DNA from: an uncultured Chloroflexia bacterium
GTDB lineage: Bacteria > Chloroflexota > Limnocylindria > Limnocylindrales > CSP1-4
Assembly: GCA_963749705.1 (NCBI GenBank)
Contig: CAVVNQ010000008.1
Location: 256,001 to 320,000, forward strand
Direction of reading: 5' to 3'
DNA: 64,000 nt
Shown: one piece after another, positions 9,597 to 22,445 of the stretch
How the letters are laid out: each line of letters opens with the position of its first letter
Numbering within the stretch: the first letter of the stretch is position 1
The notes under the pieces: generated by a model
The model's database searches: none
Told to the model about the DNA's origin: nothing
What the model saw: the letters and a program-made list of their open reading frames with translations, nothing else
Made by a program: the position numbers and the translations under genes

Positions 9597-12500
9597 CGGG
9601 TCGCAACCAGGCGCGGATCGAACGGGTGCTCCCCGATGGTCTCGAGCCGTTTCCACAGCCGCCCGGCCTCGCCGCACGCGAGCGCCGTGACCCAGTCCTG
9701 GCCGAACAGCTGGAGCTGCCGGTCACGCACCACGATGTCGCCGTTGACCAGCACGTCCCGCACCGGCCGAGCTGACAGGCCGAACATCCAGTGCCCGGGG
9801 AATGAGCGGTCATCCACCGGCGCCGGGGCCTCGTGGTCGAGGACGACCAGGTCCGCCGGCGCGCCGGCCTCGATCCGGCCCAGCAGCGGCTCGTCGAACA
9901 GGCGGCCCGCGAGCTGTGCGCCCTCCGCGAGCCTCGCGAGCGCCCAGCGCGGGTCGCCGGTGACACCGTCCTCGCGTGCGCGGAGGTACGCGGTCCGGGA
10001 CTCCTCGAACATGTCCGCGCCGATGCCGTCGGTGCCCAGGGCGACGTGCTCCCCCAGCCGGTCGAGCGGCGCCCGGCCCACGGCGTTGTTCATGTTCGAG
10101 CGCGCGTTGTGGACGACGGTGGCGCCCGCCGCGCGGATCTGCTCCGCCTCGGCCTCGTCGACGTGGACCCCATGCGCGATGAGCGTCCGCGCATCGAGCG
10201 CGCCGGCGCCGGCCAGCCGCTCCACGACGGGCATCCCGAACCGGGCGCGGCTGTCCTCCTGGTCCGCAAGGTCCTCGGCGACGTGGATGTGGAGGCCCGT
10301 GCCGGCGTCGACCGACGCCTCGACGCACGCCGCGAGCGTCGCCTCGGACAGGGTGAACGCGGCGTGCGCGCCGGTCATCGCGCGGGCAAGGGGCGCCTCC
10401 CCCGCCGCGACACGAGCCGCGAATCGCCGGTTCTCGCGGACGCCCGCCGTCGCGCGGTCGGGCCCATCGCGGTCGGTCACCTCGTACGCGAGCACGCTCC
10501 GGATCCCCAGCTCCCCGAGCGCCTCGGCGATCACGTCCAGCGAGCCGTCGATCGCGTTGGGCGACGCATGGTGGTCGATGACCGTCGTCGTCCCGGACAG
10601 CAACGCTTCCATTCCGCCGACCAGCGCCGAGGCGCGCACCGACGCCTCGTCCAGGCCGCGATCGAGCCGCCACCACACGCGGCGGAGGATCTGGACGAAG
10701 TCGCGCGGTGGCTCGAGGGCGTACGGCATGCCCCGCGCGAGCGCCGAGTAGAGGTGGGTGTGGGCGCACACGTTGCCGGGGATCACGATGCAGCCGGTGC
10801 AGTCGAGGTGGCCGGCAGCCGCCGGGAGGTCCGCGGCGGGCGCGCCGACGGACAGGACGCGGCCGCCATCGACGACGATGTCGGCGTGCTCGACGACGAC
10901 GGGATCGATGGAGGTCACGACGAGGCCGCCGCCGAGGACGAGGGTCATGGCTGGGTCCTCCCTGTCGAGGATGCGCTCGGGTCGATCCGGGCCGGACGCG
11001 AGGTCGAGGTCGATGTCGAGAGTCGATGCCGTCGCGCCGGTGGGTGGCGTCGACCCCTCGCGCGCGAGCCGCGGCAGCAGGGCGCGGGCGGCGGCCGTGT
11101 CGCGCATCGGGAGCCGGGTGCGGCGGATGCCGTCGAACGCATGGAGCGCCCCGGCCACCGCGGCCGCGGTCGGCACCAGCGCCGCCTCCCCCACCCCCTT
11201 GGCGCCGTGCGGGCCTTCGGGCTGCGGGACCTCGACCAGGATCGTGTCCACGGGCGGCATGGTCGCGGCCGGGATGATCCCCAGCGACTTGAGCGTGTCC
11301 GTCTCCGGGATGCCGCCGCTCACGCGGAGCTCCTCGGTCAGCGCCATCCCCAGGCCCATGTGCACCGCGCCCTCGACCTGGCCGCGCAGGAGCGTCGGGT
11401 TGAGCGCCCTGCCCACGTCGTGGGCCGCGATCACGCGTTCGATCCGGCCCTCGTCGTCGAGCGTCACGACCTGGGTCGCCCAGCCGTAGGCGAAGTGCGT
11501 GACCGGCTCGTCCGTGTCCGCGCCGAGCGGCGTCGTCCAGTCGACGACCACCTCGCCCGGGAACTCGTGCCCCGCGAGCGTGGCCAGTGCCGCGCGAAGC
11601 CGCCACCTCCCGCCCTCGAACGCCGCGGGACCCAGCGCGTCGCGCAGGACCGCGCACGCCCGGAGCACCGCCCGGCCGCCGAGCATCGTCGCCCGTGACG
11701 CCGTCGTCTCGCCGGTGTCGAGCTCGTGCGACGTGTCGACCACGACCCGGATCCGCTCCGCGTCGAGCCCCAGCTCCTCGGCGGCGAGCTGGCGGAACAC
11801 CGTGTGGCAGCCCTGCCCCATCTCGGTCCAGGAGTGGAACAGCGTCACGGTACCGTCGGCCTCCGGTCGGAGCACGGCCCGCCCGCGCTCGACCAGCCCG
11901 TTGCCGATGCCCGTGTTCTTGGCACCGCACGCGATCCCGGCATACCGGGCCTCGCGGTAGGCATCGCGCACGGCGAGCAGCGTCGCCTTGATCCCCACGC
12001 CCGGGCCCAGCCGCTGCCCGGTGCCGAACCGGTCGCCGACGTCGAGCGCGTTGCGCCACCGGATCTCCCACCGATCGATGCCCGCCTGCTCGGCAAGCAT
12101 GTCCAGCACGCCTTCCAGCGCGAACGCCGCCTGGTTGACGCCGAACCCGCGCATCGCGCCCGACGGAGGGTTGTTGGTGTAGACGGCGCGCGCCTCGACG
12201 TCCACGTTGGGCACGCGGTACGGCCCGCACGCATGACCGGCGGCCCGCTCGAGGACCTTGCCGCCGACGCTCGCATAGGCCCCGTTGTCGCCCACGATCC
12301 GCGCCCGGACGGCGACCAGGTGCCCATCCGCGTCGCAGCCGGCGGTGTAGTCGAGCCACATCGGATGGCGCTTGACGTGGAACCGGATGCTCTCCCGGCG
12401 CGTGAGCCGGAGCATCACCGGACGGCCGGTCCGGAGCGCGAGCAGCGCGGCCTGGCCCTGGACGTTGAGGTCCTCCTTGCCGCCGAACCCGCCGCCCGTC

Positions 12501-13693
12501 GCCACCTGGGTGACGAGGACCTCGCGCTCCGGCAGCGCGAGGAACGAGGCGATCTGGCGGCGGTCCTCCCAGGCGCCCTGGCCCTCGGACCAGACGTGGA
12601 CGGCGGGGCCCGCGACCGTCGCCCCATCCGGCCCGGCGGCGCCTCGGGGCACGGCCAGGCTCGCCTCGGGCTCGAGGAACGCGTGCTCGATGGACTGGGT
12701 CCGGAACGACGCCGATGCGACGTGGGCGGCGGCGGCCAGCGCGGCATCCGCGTCGCCCCGGCGCACGACGGAGCGCTCGACGAGGTTGCCGCCCGCGTGG
12801 ATCCGCGGGGCGCCGTCGGCGAGCGCGTCGAACGGGTCGGTGACCGGCGGCAGCGGCTCCAGCTCGATGTCGATCAAGGCCGCCGCCTCGCGTGCCGCCG
12901 CGCGCGTCTCCGCAGCGACCGCGGCCAGCACGTCCCCCACGTAGCGGACGGTCTCGCCCACGGCCACGAACAGCGGCCAGTCGGGGACGATCAGTCCCTG
13001 CTCGCGGCGGCCCGGCACGTCCGCGGCGGTCAGGACGGCGACGACCCCGGGGTGCGCGGCGGCCCTCGACGTGTCGATGCGGCGGACGACGGCGCGCGGG
13101 ACGCCCGCAAAGCGCAGCGCACCCTCGAGCATCGCCGGGGCGACGAGGTCCCCCGTGAACGGCAGCTCGCCGAGGGCCAGCGCCCGGCCCTCGTACCGGT
13201 CGCGGCCGTCGCGCCGGGCATCTTCGGTGGGTGCCTCGCCGCGGCGCACCGCCGCGACGCGCTCGATCGCGTCGAGGATCGGGGCGTAGCCCGTGCACCG
13301 GCACAGGTTGCCGGCGAGCGCCCGCGCGACGGCGTCACGTGATGGCGCCGGGTCACGGCGGAGCAGCGCCTCGGCCTTCATCACCATCCCGGGGGAGCAG
13401 TAGCCGCACTGCGAGGCGCCGGTCGCGACGAACGCGTCGGCAAAGGCCTCGCGGGTCGCCGTCGGCAGCCCCTCCAGCGTCTCGACCGTCCGTCCCGCAA
13501 CGCGGGTCGCCGGCTGGGCGCAGGACACGACGGCCCGACCATCGACGATCACGGTGCACGCGCCGCAGGAGCCCTCGGGCGCGCAGCCGTCCTTCATCGA
13601 TCGCAGGCCGCACGAACCCCGCAGGACGCCGAGCAGCGATTCCCCGGCTGCCGGCTGGACGGACACCGGTCGGCCGTTGAGCGTGAAGTCCAT
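9593..13693 (-). CDS. Fused [2Fe-2S]-molybdopterin hydroxylase (selenium-dependent xanthine dehydrogenase/XdhD-like) plus SsnA-like amidohydrolase
   Basis: [25 protein letters not shown]; [26 protein letters not shown]; then [24 protein letters not shown] and LGTDG of SsnA; continuous frame of 1366 aa from ATG 13693. Confidence 0.85.
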   Translation of the reverse strand: MDFTLNGRPVSVQPAAGESLLGVLRGSCGLRSMKDGCAPEGSCGACTVIVDGRAVVSCAQPATRVAGRTVETLEGLPTATREAFADAFVATGASQCGYCSPGMVMKAEALLRRDPAPSRDAVARALAGNLCRCTGYAPILDAIERVAAVRRGEAPTEDARRDGRDRYEGRALALGELPFTGDLVAPAMLEGALRFAGVPRAVVRRIDTSRAAAHPGVVAVLTAADVPGRREQGLIVPDWPLFVAVGETVRYVGDVLAAVAAETRAAAREAAALIDIELEPLPPVTDPFDALADGAPRIHAGGNLVERSVVRRGDADAALAAAAHVASASFRTQSIEHAFLEPEASLAVPRGAAGPDGATVAGPAVHVWSEGQGAWEDRRQIASFLALPEREVLVTQVATGGGFGGKEDLNVQGQAALLALRTGRPVMLRLTRRESIRFHVKRHPMWLDYTAGCDADGHLVAVRARIVGDNGAYASVGGKVLERAAGHACGPYRVPNVDVEARAVYTNNPPSGAMRGFGVNQAAFALEGVLDMLAEQAGIDRWEIRWRNALDVGDRFGTGQRLGPGVGIKATLLAVRDAYREARYAGIACGAKNTGIGNGLVERGRAVLRPEADGTVTLFHSWTEMGQGCHTVFRQLAAEELGLDAERIRVVVDTSHELDTGETTASRATMLGGRAVLRACAVLRDALGPAAFEGGRWRLRAALATLAGHEFPGEVVVDWTTPLGADTDEPVTHFAYGWATQVVTLDDEGRIERVIAAHDVGRALNPTLLRGQVEGAVHMGLGMALTEELRVSGGIPETDTLKSLGIIPAATMPPVDTILVEVPQPEGPHGAKGVGEAALVPTAAAVAGALHAFDGIRRTRLPMRDTAAARALLPRLAREGSTPPTGATASTLDIDLDLASGPDRPERILDREDPAMTLVLGGGLVVTSIDPVVVEHADIVVDGGRVLSVGAPAADLPAAAGHLDCTGCIVIPGNVCAHTHLYSALARGMPYALEPPRDFVQILRRVWWRLDRGLDEASVRASALVGGMEALLSGTTTVIDHHASPNAIDGSLDVIAEALGELGIRSVLAYEVTDRDGPDRATAGVRENRRFAARVAAGEAPLARAMTGAHAAFTLSEATLAACVEASVDAGTGLHIHVAEDLADQEDSRARFGMPVVERLAGAGALDARTLIAHGVHVDEAEAEQIRAAGATVVHNARSNMNNAVGRAPLDRLGEHVALGTDGIGADMFEESRTAYLRAREDGVTGDPRWALARLAEGAQLAGRLFDEPLLGRIEAGAPADLVVLDHEAPAPVDDRSFPGHWMFGLSARPVRDVLVNGDIVVRDRQLQLFGQDWVTALACGEAGRLWKRLETIGEHPFDPRLVATR

Positions 13694-13892
13694 TCGACCC
13701 GTCCCGCGGCCGGTCTCCGCTGGACCGTCTGGCCCTAGGCGGGAGGCCCACCGATCCCGAATCGTAGGCAGGGAACCGCCGGTCCCGCGCGTGCCATGTG
13801 TCCCGACCACGCGGACAGCCGGGCCCGAGCCGTCGCTCGAGCGACCCGGCGTGGACCGGGATCGCCGGGAAGTCTTCGTGCTGGAGGTCGTG

Positions 13893-15385
<1,493 letters not shown>

Positions 15386-15389
<4 letters not shown>

Positions 15390-17017
15390 GCGCCGCCCCC
15401 CGGACCCCGCGCTCGAAGGCGGCCGAGCCGCCCGTGACGAGGGCCACGCTGGTCTGCGCCGGGTGCGGCACCGTGGCGCCCGCGAACCGGCCGTTCACGC
15501 CGCGCTGCCCGGCGCGCCGGCCCGGCGACGACATCGACCACGTCCTGGTCAGGACCCTCGACCTCAGCCGCCTGAAGGCGCCCGGCGACCCCGATCCGAA
15601 CCCGTTCGTGCGGTACCGCGCGCTGTTCCATGGCTATCACGTCGCCCGGTCCGCGGGCTGGTCGGACGGGCGCTACGTGGACCTCGTACGGGACCTGGAC
15701 GATGCGGTGGCGAAGGTCGCGGGGCACGGCTTCCGGACGACACCGCTGACCCTGGCCCGCGGGCTCGCCGACGCGGCGGGGCTGGGAACCCGGGGCTCGG
15801 TGTGGGTCAAGGACGAGACCGGCAACGTGTCCGGCTCGCACAAGGCCCGACACCTGTTCGGGGTGCTGCTGGAGCTCCGGGTCGCCGAAGCGGTCGCCGG
15901 GCTCGATGCGACGCTGCCGCTGGCGATCGCGAGCTGCGGCAACGCGGCGCTCGCGGCGGCGGTCGTCGCGCGCGCCGGGGGTCGCGAGCTCCGGGTGTTC
16001 GTTCCCGACAGCGCGGACCCCGGCGTCGTGGACCAGCTTCGCGCGTTCGGGTCGAGCGTGGTCGTCTGCCCGCGGCAGCCGGGCGAGGCTGGTGACCCCT
16101 CGTACCTGCGTCTCCAGGAGGCCATCGCGGCGGGGGCCATCCCGTTCACCTGCCAGGGTCCCGACAACGGGCTGGCGATCGAGGGCGGTGCGACGCTCGC
16201 GTGGGAGATGATCGATGGCGTCCGGGCGTCGGGCGGCTCGGTCGACCGGGTGGTGGTCCAGGTGGGCGGCGGCGCGCTCGCCTCGGGGATCGCGCTCGGG
16301 TTCGCGGACGCCGCCGCGCTGGGGGTGATCGAACGGGTGCCGCGGCTGGACGCCGTCCAGACCCGGGGCGGATGGCCGCTCGCGCGCGCGCTCTGGCGCC
16401 TGCGCGCCGAGGCGGGCCTCAAGCCGGGTTCGGTGGTCGATCCGGAGCGCCTCGATGCGGTCATCGCGACCGCCGCGCACCACCGGTCGCGGTACATGTG
16501 GCCGTGGGAGATCGAGCCGCGAAGCGTCGCCCACGGCATCCTCGACGACGAGACGTACGACTGGCTCGCGGTCGTGCGCACGATGCTGGCCACCGGCGGC
16601 CGCGCCGTCGTCGTCGACGAGGCACCCCTGATCGCGGCCAACGCCCTGGCCATGGACCTCACCGGGATCCGCGCCGACGAGACGGGGTCCGCCGGCCTGG
16701 CCGGGCTGCTCGCGCTGGCGCTGGACGGCGACCTTCGCCCCGACGAGTCGGTCGCCATCGTGATGAGCGGCGTGCGGCGGGGCGATGCCCACGTCATCGA
16801 CGCTCGGCCCGCGTCCGCCGGCCATCGAGCGTCGGCCTCCGATCGGGCTTCAGCCACCGATCGGGCATCAGCGCCCGACCAGGCGTCCCCCACCAATCGA
16901 GCGTCCGCCCCGGATCGACCGTCCACCACCGACCCGGGGTCCCGCGCCGTCCTCGCGTCCCGAACGACACCAGCGTCCTCCATATCGGTCACGTCATCGC
17001 ATCGGAGCACGCCATGA
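15386..17017 (+). CDS. Threonine-synthase-like PLP enzyme with N-terminal Cys motif and repetitive C-terminal tail
   Basis: CAGC...C; [38 protein letters not shown]; ATGA overlaps at both ends. Confidence 0.8.
16826..16921 (+). repeat. Degenerate 18-bp tandem repeat encoding (R/Q)AS(A/P)x(D/N)
   Basis: [30 protein letters not shown] in the C-terminal tail. Confidence 0.6.
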
Positions 17018-17967
17018 GAAGCTTCCTCGGCCGCGACATCCTGTCCCTCAAGGACTTCAGCCGGGACGAGTTCTTCCGGGTCTTCCAGGTCGCCGACGAC
17101 CTGCGGCCGTTCGCCCGCGATCGGCGCAACACGGACCTGCTCAAGAGCAAGACCCTGCTGACCGCGTTCTACCAGCCGAGCACCCGCACGCGCCTGTCGC
17201 ACGAGGCCGCGATGCATCGCCTGGGCGGCCAGGTCCTGGGGTTCTCGGACGCGAAGATGACCCGCGCCGGTGACTTCTACCAGGAGTCGATCAAGGACAC
17301 GTTCCACATGCTGGAGTACTACGCGGACGTCATCGCGATCCGCCACTTCCAGCAGGGCGCACCGGCGGAGGCCGCGAAATGGGCATCCGTCCCGATCATC
17401 AACTGCGGCGACGGCTGGGGCGAGCACCCGACCCAGGTGCTGACCGACCTGTACACGATCCTCCACGAGAAGGGCACCCTCGACGGGCTGACCTACCTCC
17501 TGGTCGGCGACATGCGGATGCGGACGATGCACTCGATCCTGTATGCGCTATCGCAGTTCGACGCCAGGGCGATCGTGGTCGGGCCGCCGGACATGAGCCT
17601 GCTGCCGGAGTTCAAGGCGGAGATCGACCTGCTCAACGTCGACTACGAGGAAGCCGGCGACGTCCGCGACGTGATCGACCAGGCGGACATCATCTACATG
17701 GAGCCCGTCGTCCAGGCCGACTACACCGCGTCGCGCGTGGAGCGCGGCGACAAGGTGGGCCTGACCCCGCCCGAGTACTGCATCACGCGCGAGCTGCTGC
17801 GCGACCAGGCCAAGCGGTCCTCGATCATCCTCCACTCCCTGCCGCGGATGGACGAGCTCCTGCCCGACGTCGACGAGACGCGGCACCAGCGCTACTGGGC
17901 GGAGGCGTTCAACGGCGTCGCGCTCAAGATGGGCATGCTTGCGCTGATCCTCGGCGCGGCCGAGTGA
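17014..17967 (+). CDS. Aspartate-carbamoyltransferase-like carbamoyltransferase with an atypical substrate site
   Basis: QPSTRTRLS, IRH, INCGDG-EHPTQ, HSLPR; lacks KGE and RxQxER. Confidence 0.85.
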   Translation: MRSFLGRDILSLKDFSRDEFFRVFQVADDLRPFARDRRNTDLLKSKTLLTAFYQPSTRTRLSHEAAMHRLGGQVLGFSDAKMTRAGDFYQESIKDTFHMLEYYADVIAIRHFQQGAPAEAAKWASVPIINCGDGWGEHPTQVLTDLYTILHEKGTLDGLTYLLVGDMRMRTMHSILYALSQFDARAIVVGPPDMSLLPEFKAEIDLLNVDYEEAGDVRDVIDQADIIYMEPVVQADYTASRVERGDKVGLTPPEYCITRELLRDQAKRSSIILHSLPRMDELLPDVDETRHQRYWAEAFNGVALKMGMLALILGAAE

Positions 17968-17977
17968 GGGGGCGGCG

Positions 17978-18955
17978 ATGCAGACCGACCTTCGCGGCCG
18001 AGACCTGATCAGCCTCCAGGAGTGGACCCGGGACGAGATCGACACCGTCCTCGACGTCGCGCTCCAGCTCAAGCGGGAGCGGGCCCTCGGGATCCCGCAC
18101 CCGCTCCTCCGGGACCGCGTCCTCGCGATGCTGTTCTTCTTCTCGTCCACCCGCACGCGCGCCTCGTTCGAGGCCGGCATGGCGCAGCTGGGCGGCCACG
18201 CCCAGTTCATCGAGAGCCGGACGACGCAGATCGCCCACGGCGACACGCCCAAGGAGATCGGCGAGATCCTGGGCCGCTACAACGACGGGATCGCGATCCG
18301 CAACGTGGACTGGGGCATCGGCAACCGGTACCTCCGCGATGTCGCCACGGCGTCGCGCGTGCCCGTGCTCAACATGCAGTGCGACCTGTTCCACCCGCAC
18401 CAGTCACTGGCCGACCTGCTGACGATGATGGAGAAGAAGGGCGACCTCAGAGGGCGCACGATCGACATCTCGTGGGCGTACGCAGCGTCGTACCAGAAGC
18501 CGATCAGCGTGCCGGTGGACCTCTCGATGCTCACCACCCGCTACGGGATGCACGTCCGGCTCGTCCACCCGCCGGAGTTCCGGCTGCCACAGGAGCAGAT
18601 GGACCAGGCGGCCGAGAACGCCCGGCGATCGGGCGGCTCGTTCGAGCTCATGGACGATTTCGAGGCCGGGATGCGCGGCGCCGACATCGTGTACGCCAAG
18701 AGCTGGGGCGCGCTGCTGACCGCGACGTCCGAGGAAGAGGGCGCCGCAACGGCGAAGCGGTACACGGACTGGATCACCGACGAGCGGCGGATCGCGATGG
18801 CCGCCGAGGACGCGATCTACATGCACCCGCTGCCCGCGGACCGCAACGTGGAGGTCGCGGATGCCGTGATCGACGGCCCGCACTCGGTCGTCTACGACGA
18901 GGCCGAGAACCGGCTCCATGCGCAGAAAGCGGTGATGGCGCTGACCATGCGCTGA
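17978..18955 (+). CDS. ygeW: YgeW-like (knotted) carbamoyltransferase
   Basis: SSTRTRASF, NMQCDLFHPHQSLAD, SWAYAASYQKPISVP (resembles the YgeW WAYSPSYGKPLSVP loop as recalled), YAKSW, MHPLPAD, EAENR. Confidence 0.75.
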   Translation: MQTDLRGRDLISLQEWTRDEIDTVLDVALQLKRERALGIPHPLLRDRVLAMLFFFSSTRTRASFEAGMAQLGGHAQFIESRTTQIAHGDTPKEIGEILGRYNDGIAIRNVDWGIGNRYLRDVATASRVPVLNMQCDLFHPHQSLADLLTMMEKKGDLRGRTIDISWAYAASYQKPISVPVDLSMLTTRYGMHVRLVHPPEFRLPQEQMDQAAENARRSGGSFELMDDFEAGMRGADIVYAKSWGALLTATSEEEGAATAKRYTDWITDERRIAMAAEDAIYMHPLPADRNVEVADAVIDGPHSVVYDEAENRLHAQKAVMALTMR

Positions 18956-18970
18956 CACAATGCGGGCGCA

Positions 18971-19522
18971 ATGATCCCGGACCTGCCGTTCCTGTTCGCC
19001 ATCGCGGGGCTGTCCGGCAGCCTGGCGGGCCTCGCCGGCCTCGTCGGCGGGCTGCGCCGCGAAGACGAGATGCGCCCGATCGACCGGTTCCGGCTGCGCG
19101 AGATCGTCGGGTTCGCATTCGCCAACACGCTCATCGCGCTCTCGGTCTTGCCGATCGCGAACCTCCTCGACAGCCTCGAGGGGGCGGTCCGGGTGGCGGC
19201 GTTCATCGCCGTCGCCTACGTGGTGGTGATCTCGGCCGTGCTGTTTCGGCGCCTCCGCGCAGCAAGCATCGCGCTCACCGCCTGGGTCTGGGTCGCGGGC
19301 CTGCTGGATGTTGCCGTGTTCGTCACGGGAGCCTGCGCCGTGATCGCGGGCGCAATGGCGGTGCTCGAGGTGCTGCTGGTGCTGATGCTGGCGCGGCCGA
19401 TGACCGCGTTCCTGTTCGTGCTCGACTCGTTCGACCGCACGGCCGACGCGACCGCCGCGTCGCCCGAGGCGATCGAGCCCACGTCGTCGACCGCGCCGCC
19501 CCCGCCGCCCGCGTCGAGCTGA
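18971..19522 (+). CDS. Hypothetical membrane protein
   Basis: About 5 TM segments. Confidence 0.65.
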   Translation: MIPDLPFLFAIAGLSGSLAGLAGLVGGLRREDEMRPIDRFRLREIVGFAFANTLIALSVLPIANLLDSLEGAVRVAAFIAVAYVVVISAVLFRRLRAASIALTAWVWVAGLLDVAVFVTGACAVIAGAMAVLEVLLVLMLARPMTAFLFVLDSFDRTADATAASPEAIEPTSSTAPPPPPASS

Positions 19523-19536
19523 GCCGCGCGCGGTTG

Positions 19537-20187
19537 ATGGCGGTCGTGCCTGCTGCGCCCGAGCCCCTGACCACCGCCACGCTGGCGCTCGGTGCGGCGG
19601 AGCTGGCCGCTCGGGATCCGGCGCTGGGCGCCGTCGTCGACCGGTACGGGCTGCCGCCGATGTGGGCGCGCGACCCGGGCTTCCCGACGCTCGTCCACCT
19701 GATCCTCGAGCAGCAGGTCTCGCTCGCGTCCGCGCTCGCGGCGTTCGATCGCCTGCGCGTGGCCGCCGATCCACTGACGCCCGAGACGTTCCTCGCCCTC
19801 GACGACGCTGCGCTCCTGGCGATCGGGTTCAGCCGCCAGAAGGCACGCTACGGGCGGGCGCTTGCGACGGCGGTGCGCGACGGATCACTGGACCTTGACG
19901 GGCTGCCGGCGCTCGATGAAGCCGGCGTCGACCGGGCGCTGACGGCGGTGCCCGGGATCGGGCCCTGGACGGCGACGATCTACCGGCTGATGGTGCTCCT
20001 CCGGCCGGACGCGTGGCCGGTGCACGACATCGCGCTGGCCCAGGCGATCCGCGAAGTGCGTGGGCTGGAGGCTCGGCCGTCGCCCGATGAGATGCACGCG
20101 CTGGCCGAGGGCTGGCGACCGTGGCGAGCCGTCGCGGCGCGGATCCTGTGGCACCACTACCTGTCGAGCCGGGGGCGGCCGGGCTGA
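19537..20187 (+). CDS. DNA-3-methyladenine glycosylase II (AlkA/HhH-GPD family)
   Basis: ILEQQVSLASA, GFSRQKARY, LTAVPGIGPWTA HhH motif, WPVHD, WRPWRAVAA. Confidence 0.9.
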   Translation: MAVVPAAPEPLTTATLALGAAELAARDPALGAVVDRYGLPPMWARDPGFPTLVHLILEQQVSLASALAAFDRLRVAADPLTPETFLALDDAALLAIGFSRQKARYGRALATAVRDGSLDLDGLPALDEAGVDRALTAVPGIGPWTATIYRLMVLLRPDAWPVHDIALAQAIREVRGLEARPSPDEMHALAEGWRPWRAVAARILWHHYLSSRGRPG

Positions 20188-20488
20188 GGCAGGCTCGATC
20201 AATCGCGCCGGGCCGGGTGTCCGTTGCACTCAGCGGTGGCGAGGTGCATGCTCTGAATGCATCCGGCCCCGTGCCGATCCCCGTCCAGCGGTGAACCGTG
20301 CCCCCTTCCAGGAACCAGCGGCTCGAAGCCTTGCCCAACGTCCTCCGCAACCAGACGGTTCCTAACCGGCTCGGCGGGCGCGGCCCCGATGCCCGGTCGG
20401 TGGCGCGAGTGTCGATTCCGGTCCGCAGGGTCATCGCCATCGCCATCGGGCTGATCGCGGTCGTCGCCCTCATCGTCGGGCGCGCGTG

Positions 20489-20746
20489 ATGGCGAAGACG
20501 GGATCGGCTTCAACACCGGCACGGCGCTACCGCCCGCGCCGGCTCGAGCTCCCCGATGGCGAGCTCCTCGTGCTCCGCGGAGACGGCGTGATCGAGCATC
20601 GGGATGCGGCTGGAGCTGTTGCGCAGAGCTGGAGCCCAGAGGATCCTGAGTGGCCGCAGCGAGCCCTCCGGTTCGGGATCCACGCCGCCCCGCGGACGGT
20701 CAAGCCCAGTGGCCGCGACGCCTTCGACACGAAGCCGCCCGGGTAG
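20489..20746 (+). CDS. Small hypothetical protein
   Basis: 85-aa ORF with protein-like composition (LELPDGELLVLRGDG...WSPEDPEW). Confidence 0.5.
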   Translation: MAKTGSASTPARRYRPRRLELPDGELLVLRGDGVIEHRDAAGAVAQSWSPEDPEWPQRALRFGIHAAPRTVKPSGRDAFDTKPPG

Positions 20747-20901
20747 GATGCGGCCGCTTCGTCTCGTTACCCATTGCCTTGGAGCCGTCCGTTCCCCGGC
20801 TCGCGGTGGACGACGGCAGGAGACGGCACCTCGCGGGGCAGGAAGGCCAGAATGAGGCGATGGGCTTCCCTCCTCGCCACCAACTGACCGAGGGCGTCTG
20901 A

Positions 20902-21342
20902 ATGAACGTCTCGCCGTGGTGTCACGCGAGATTCCCCGCGGCCGGAGTCCTCGCTCTCGTCCTCGCCGGGTGCGGGACCCTGTCGAGTTCACCGTCGCCT
21001 GACCCTTCGTCGGCGTGTGCATCAGCCGGATGCTCGGTGGCGATCCGAACGGAGCCGGCTCCTGGCGGCCCGAATTCCATCTGCGAAGCCGCATTCATTG
21101 GCGGCGTCCTCGCTGCCGACCCCACCGATGGACTGGGCCTGCGGGGGGAAACGCACGGAGTGGCCAGCGTGGTATGGCCCTTCGGCTATGCCGCCCGCCG
21201 CGAATCCAGCGGGATCGTGCTCCTGGATCGCTCGGGTCAAGTGGTGGCCCGAGAGGGTGACACCGTCGCGATGGTGGGTGCCTGGGGGGACGACGGGATG
21301 GCATACCCGTGCGATCAGCCGGACCTGAAGGTCGCTCGCTGA
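20902..21342 (+). CDS. Hypothetical lipoprotein
   Basis: GAGGG RBS; lipobox LAGC; VVWPFGY...VVAREGDTV. Confidence 0.7.
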   Translation: MNVSPWCHARFPAAGVLALVLAGCGTLSSSPSPDPSSACASAGCSVAIRTEPAPGGPNSICEAAFIGGVLAADPTDGLGLRGETHGVASVVWPFGYAARRESSGIVLLDRSGQVVAREGDTVAMVGAWGDDGMAYPCDQPDLKVAR

Positions 21343-21431
21343 CGCGGGCGACGGCGGACCTCGCTCAGGGGGCCTTTCCTGCTAGCCCAGGACGACGACG
21401 CTCCTTCGGCCTCGATCCGCACAGAAGAGTT

Positions 21432-21459
21432 CAGACGTCATTGGGCGAAGACATTGCGA
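21432..21459 (+). repeat. Degenerate copy of the 28-bp array site
   Basis: CAGACGTCATT-GGGCGA-AGACATTGCGA: arms match the consensus 9/11 and 10/11, spacer unrelated. Confidence 0.6.
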
Positions 21460-21641
21460 GTTGGGCGCGCCGTCGCGCCCACGGTTGGAGCCGCCCTGGC
21501 CCTCGACCCGTGTGAGTTCCGTCGCCTCTACCTGAGCCCGACCGGGGGTTTGCGTAAAGTAGGGTCCCGCTGGTCGCACCACCGAGGCTCTTGACTCAGA
21601 GACTCTGAACGCCGGTGATGGTCAGGAAGGGGGGACGGGAC

Positions 21642-22445
21642 GTGGGAACGAGGCTTCCGGGGCTGGCCAGCCTCGCGACGGCTGCCACCTCCGTGTTCAT
21701 CGCACTGGTTGCCGGCTGCTCGACCGGCGTGGCCAGCCCGACCATCCCCGGCAAGGAGCCCTACACGCAGGAGCCGCCGACGCCGACCCTCAGCGTCCCC
21801 AGCCCGACCATCCCCGGCAAGGAGCCCTACACGCAGGAGCCGCCGACCCCGACCTTGAGCGTGCTCGCAACGGTGGCTCCGTCGGGCCATGGCCGGCCGT
21901 ACACCGCAGCCGACATGGCGGCCCTTCTGGGCGCCGCGGCCGCGAGACCATCGGGCTTCGCGAGCGAGCTCAACACGCCGCAGCTCCTGGACACCATGGC
22001 CGGCGTGCTCGCCGACGACGTCTACTCCTATGACGGTACGCCCTACCAGCGAGTCGTCATCACGGCTCGCTGCGATGGGCCGCCCGTCGAACAATGCAAC
22101 GTGTTCCTTGAAGGCATACCGGCGTTCACCGACGATCCCCATGCCCAGGACGGGTACACCTGGACGGTCGACCTGGCAACCGAACGGGTCACCATGACCA
22201 GCTATGGGCTGAGCGGATATCCCGCCGCCCTGACCGCGGGCCTCGACGCGCTGGCGCGTTCCCTCGATGTCGACAGTCGGTACAGGGACCGATACCTCGT
22301 CCAGGTCGCATGGGAGCTGGCGCCCCCAGACGACGCCTACGTGCTGCGCTACAGCAACGGCCTCGGGGAGGGCGACCTGGTGTTCTGGGTCACGATCGAT
22401 CGGACCGCCCGGCGCATCGTATCGATCAGGGAGGCGCCCGGCTGA
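21642..22445 (+). CDS. Hypothetical lipoprotein with an internal 22-aa duplication
   Basis: Lipobox VAGC; SPTIPGKEPYTQEPPTPTLSV twice; start could also be 21615/21618. Confidence 0.7.
   Translation: MGTRLPGLASLATAATSVFIALVAGCSTGVASPTIPGKEPYTQEPPTPTLSVPSPTIPGKEPYTQEPPTPTLSVLATVAPSGHGRPYTAADMAALLGAAAARPSGFASELNTPQLLDTMAGVLADDVYSYDGTPYQRVVITARCDGPPVEQCNVFLEGIPAFTDDPHAQDGYTWTVDLATERVTMTSYGLSGYPAALTAGLDALARSLDVDSRYRDRYLVQVAWELAPPDDAYVLRYSNGLGEGDLVFWVTIDRTARRIVSIREAPG
21733..21862 (+). repeat. 66-bp tandem duplication
   Basis: CCAGCCCGACCATCCCCGGCAAGGAGCCCTACACGCAGGAGCCGCCGAC at 21733 and 21799. Confidence 0.95.

Noticed and set aside
1065-13304. Very long antisense or alternate-frame ORFs (e.g. 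1065-3053, 9810-13304, 9833-11698)
   Set aside because: Arg/Pro/Gly-rich shadows of real genes, expected in high-GC DNA.
13694-13892. Purine or Moco riboswitch in the divergent promoter region
   Set aside because: No recognisable consensus by eye; an Infernal scan would be needed.
20298-20489. 63-aa ORF ending in a hydrophobic segment
   Set aside because: No clear RBS and an uncertain start; a short membrane peptide is possible but unsupported.
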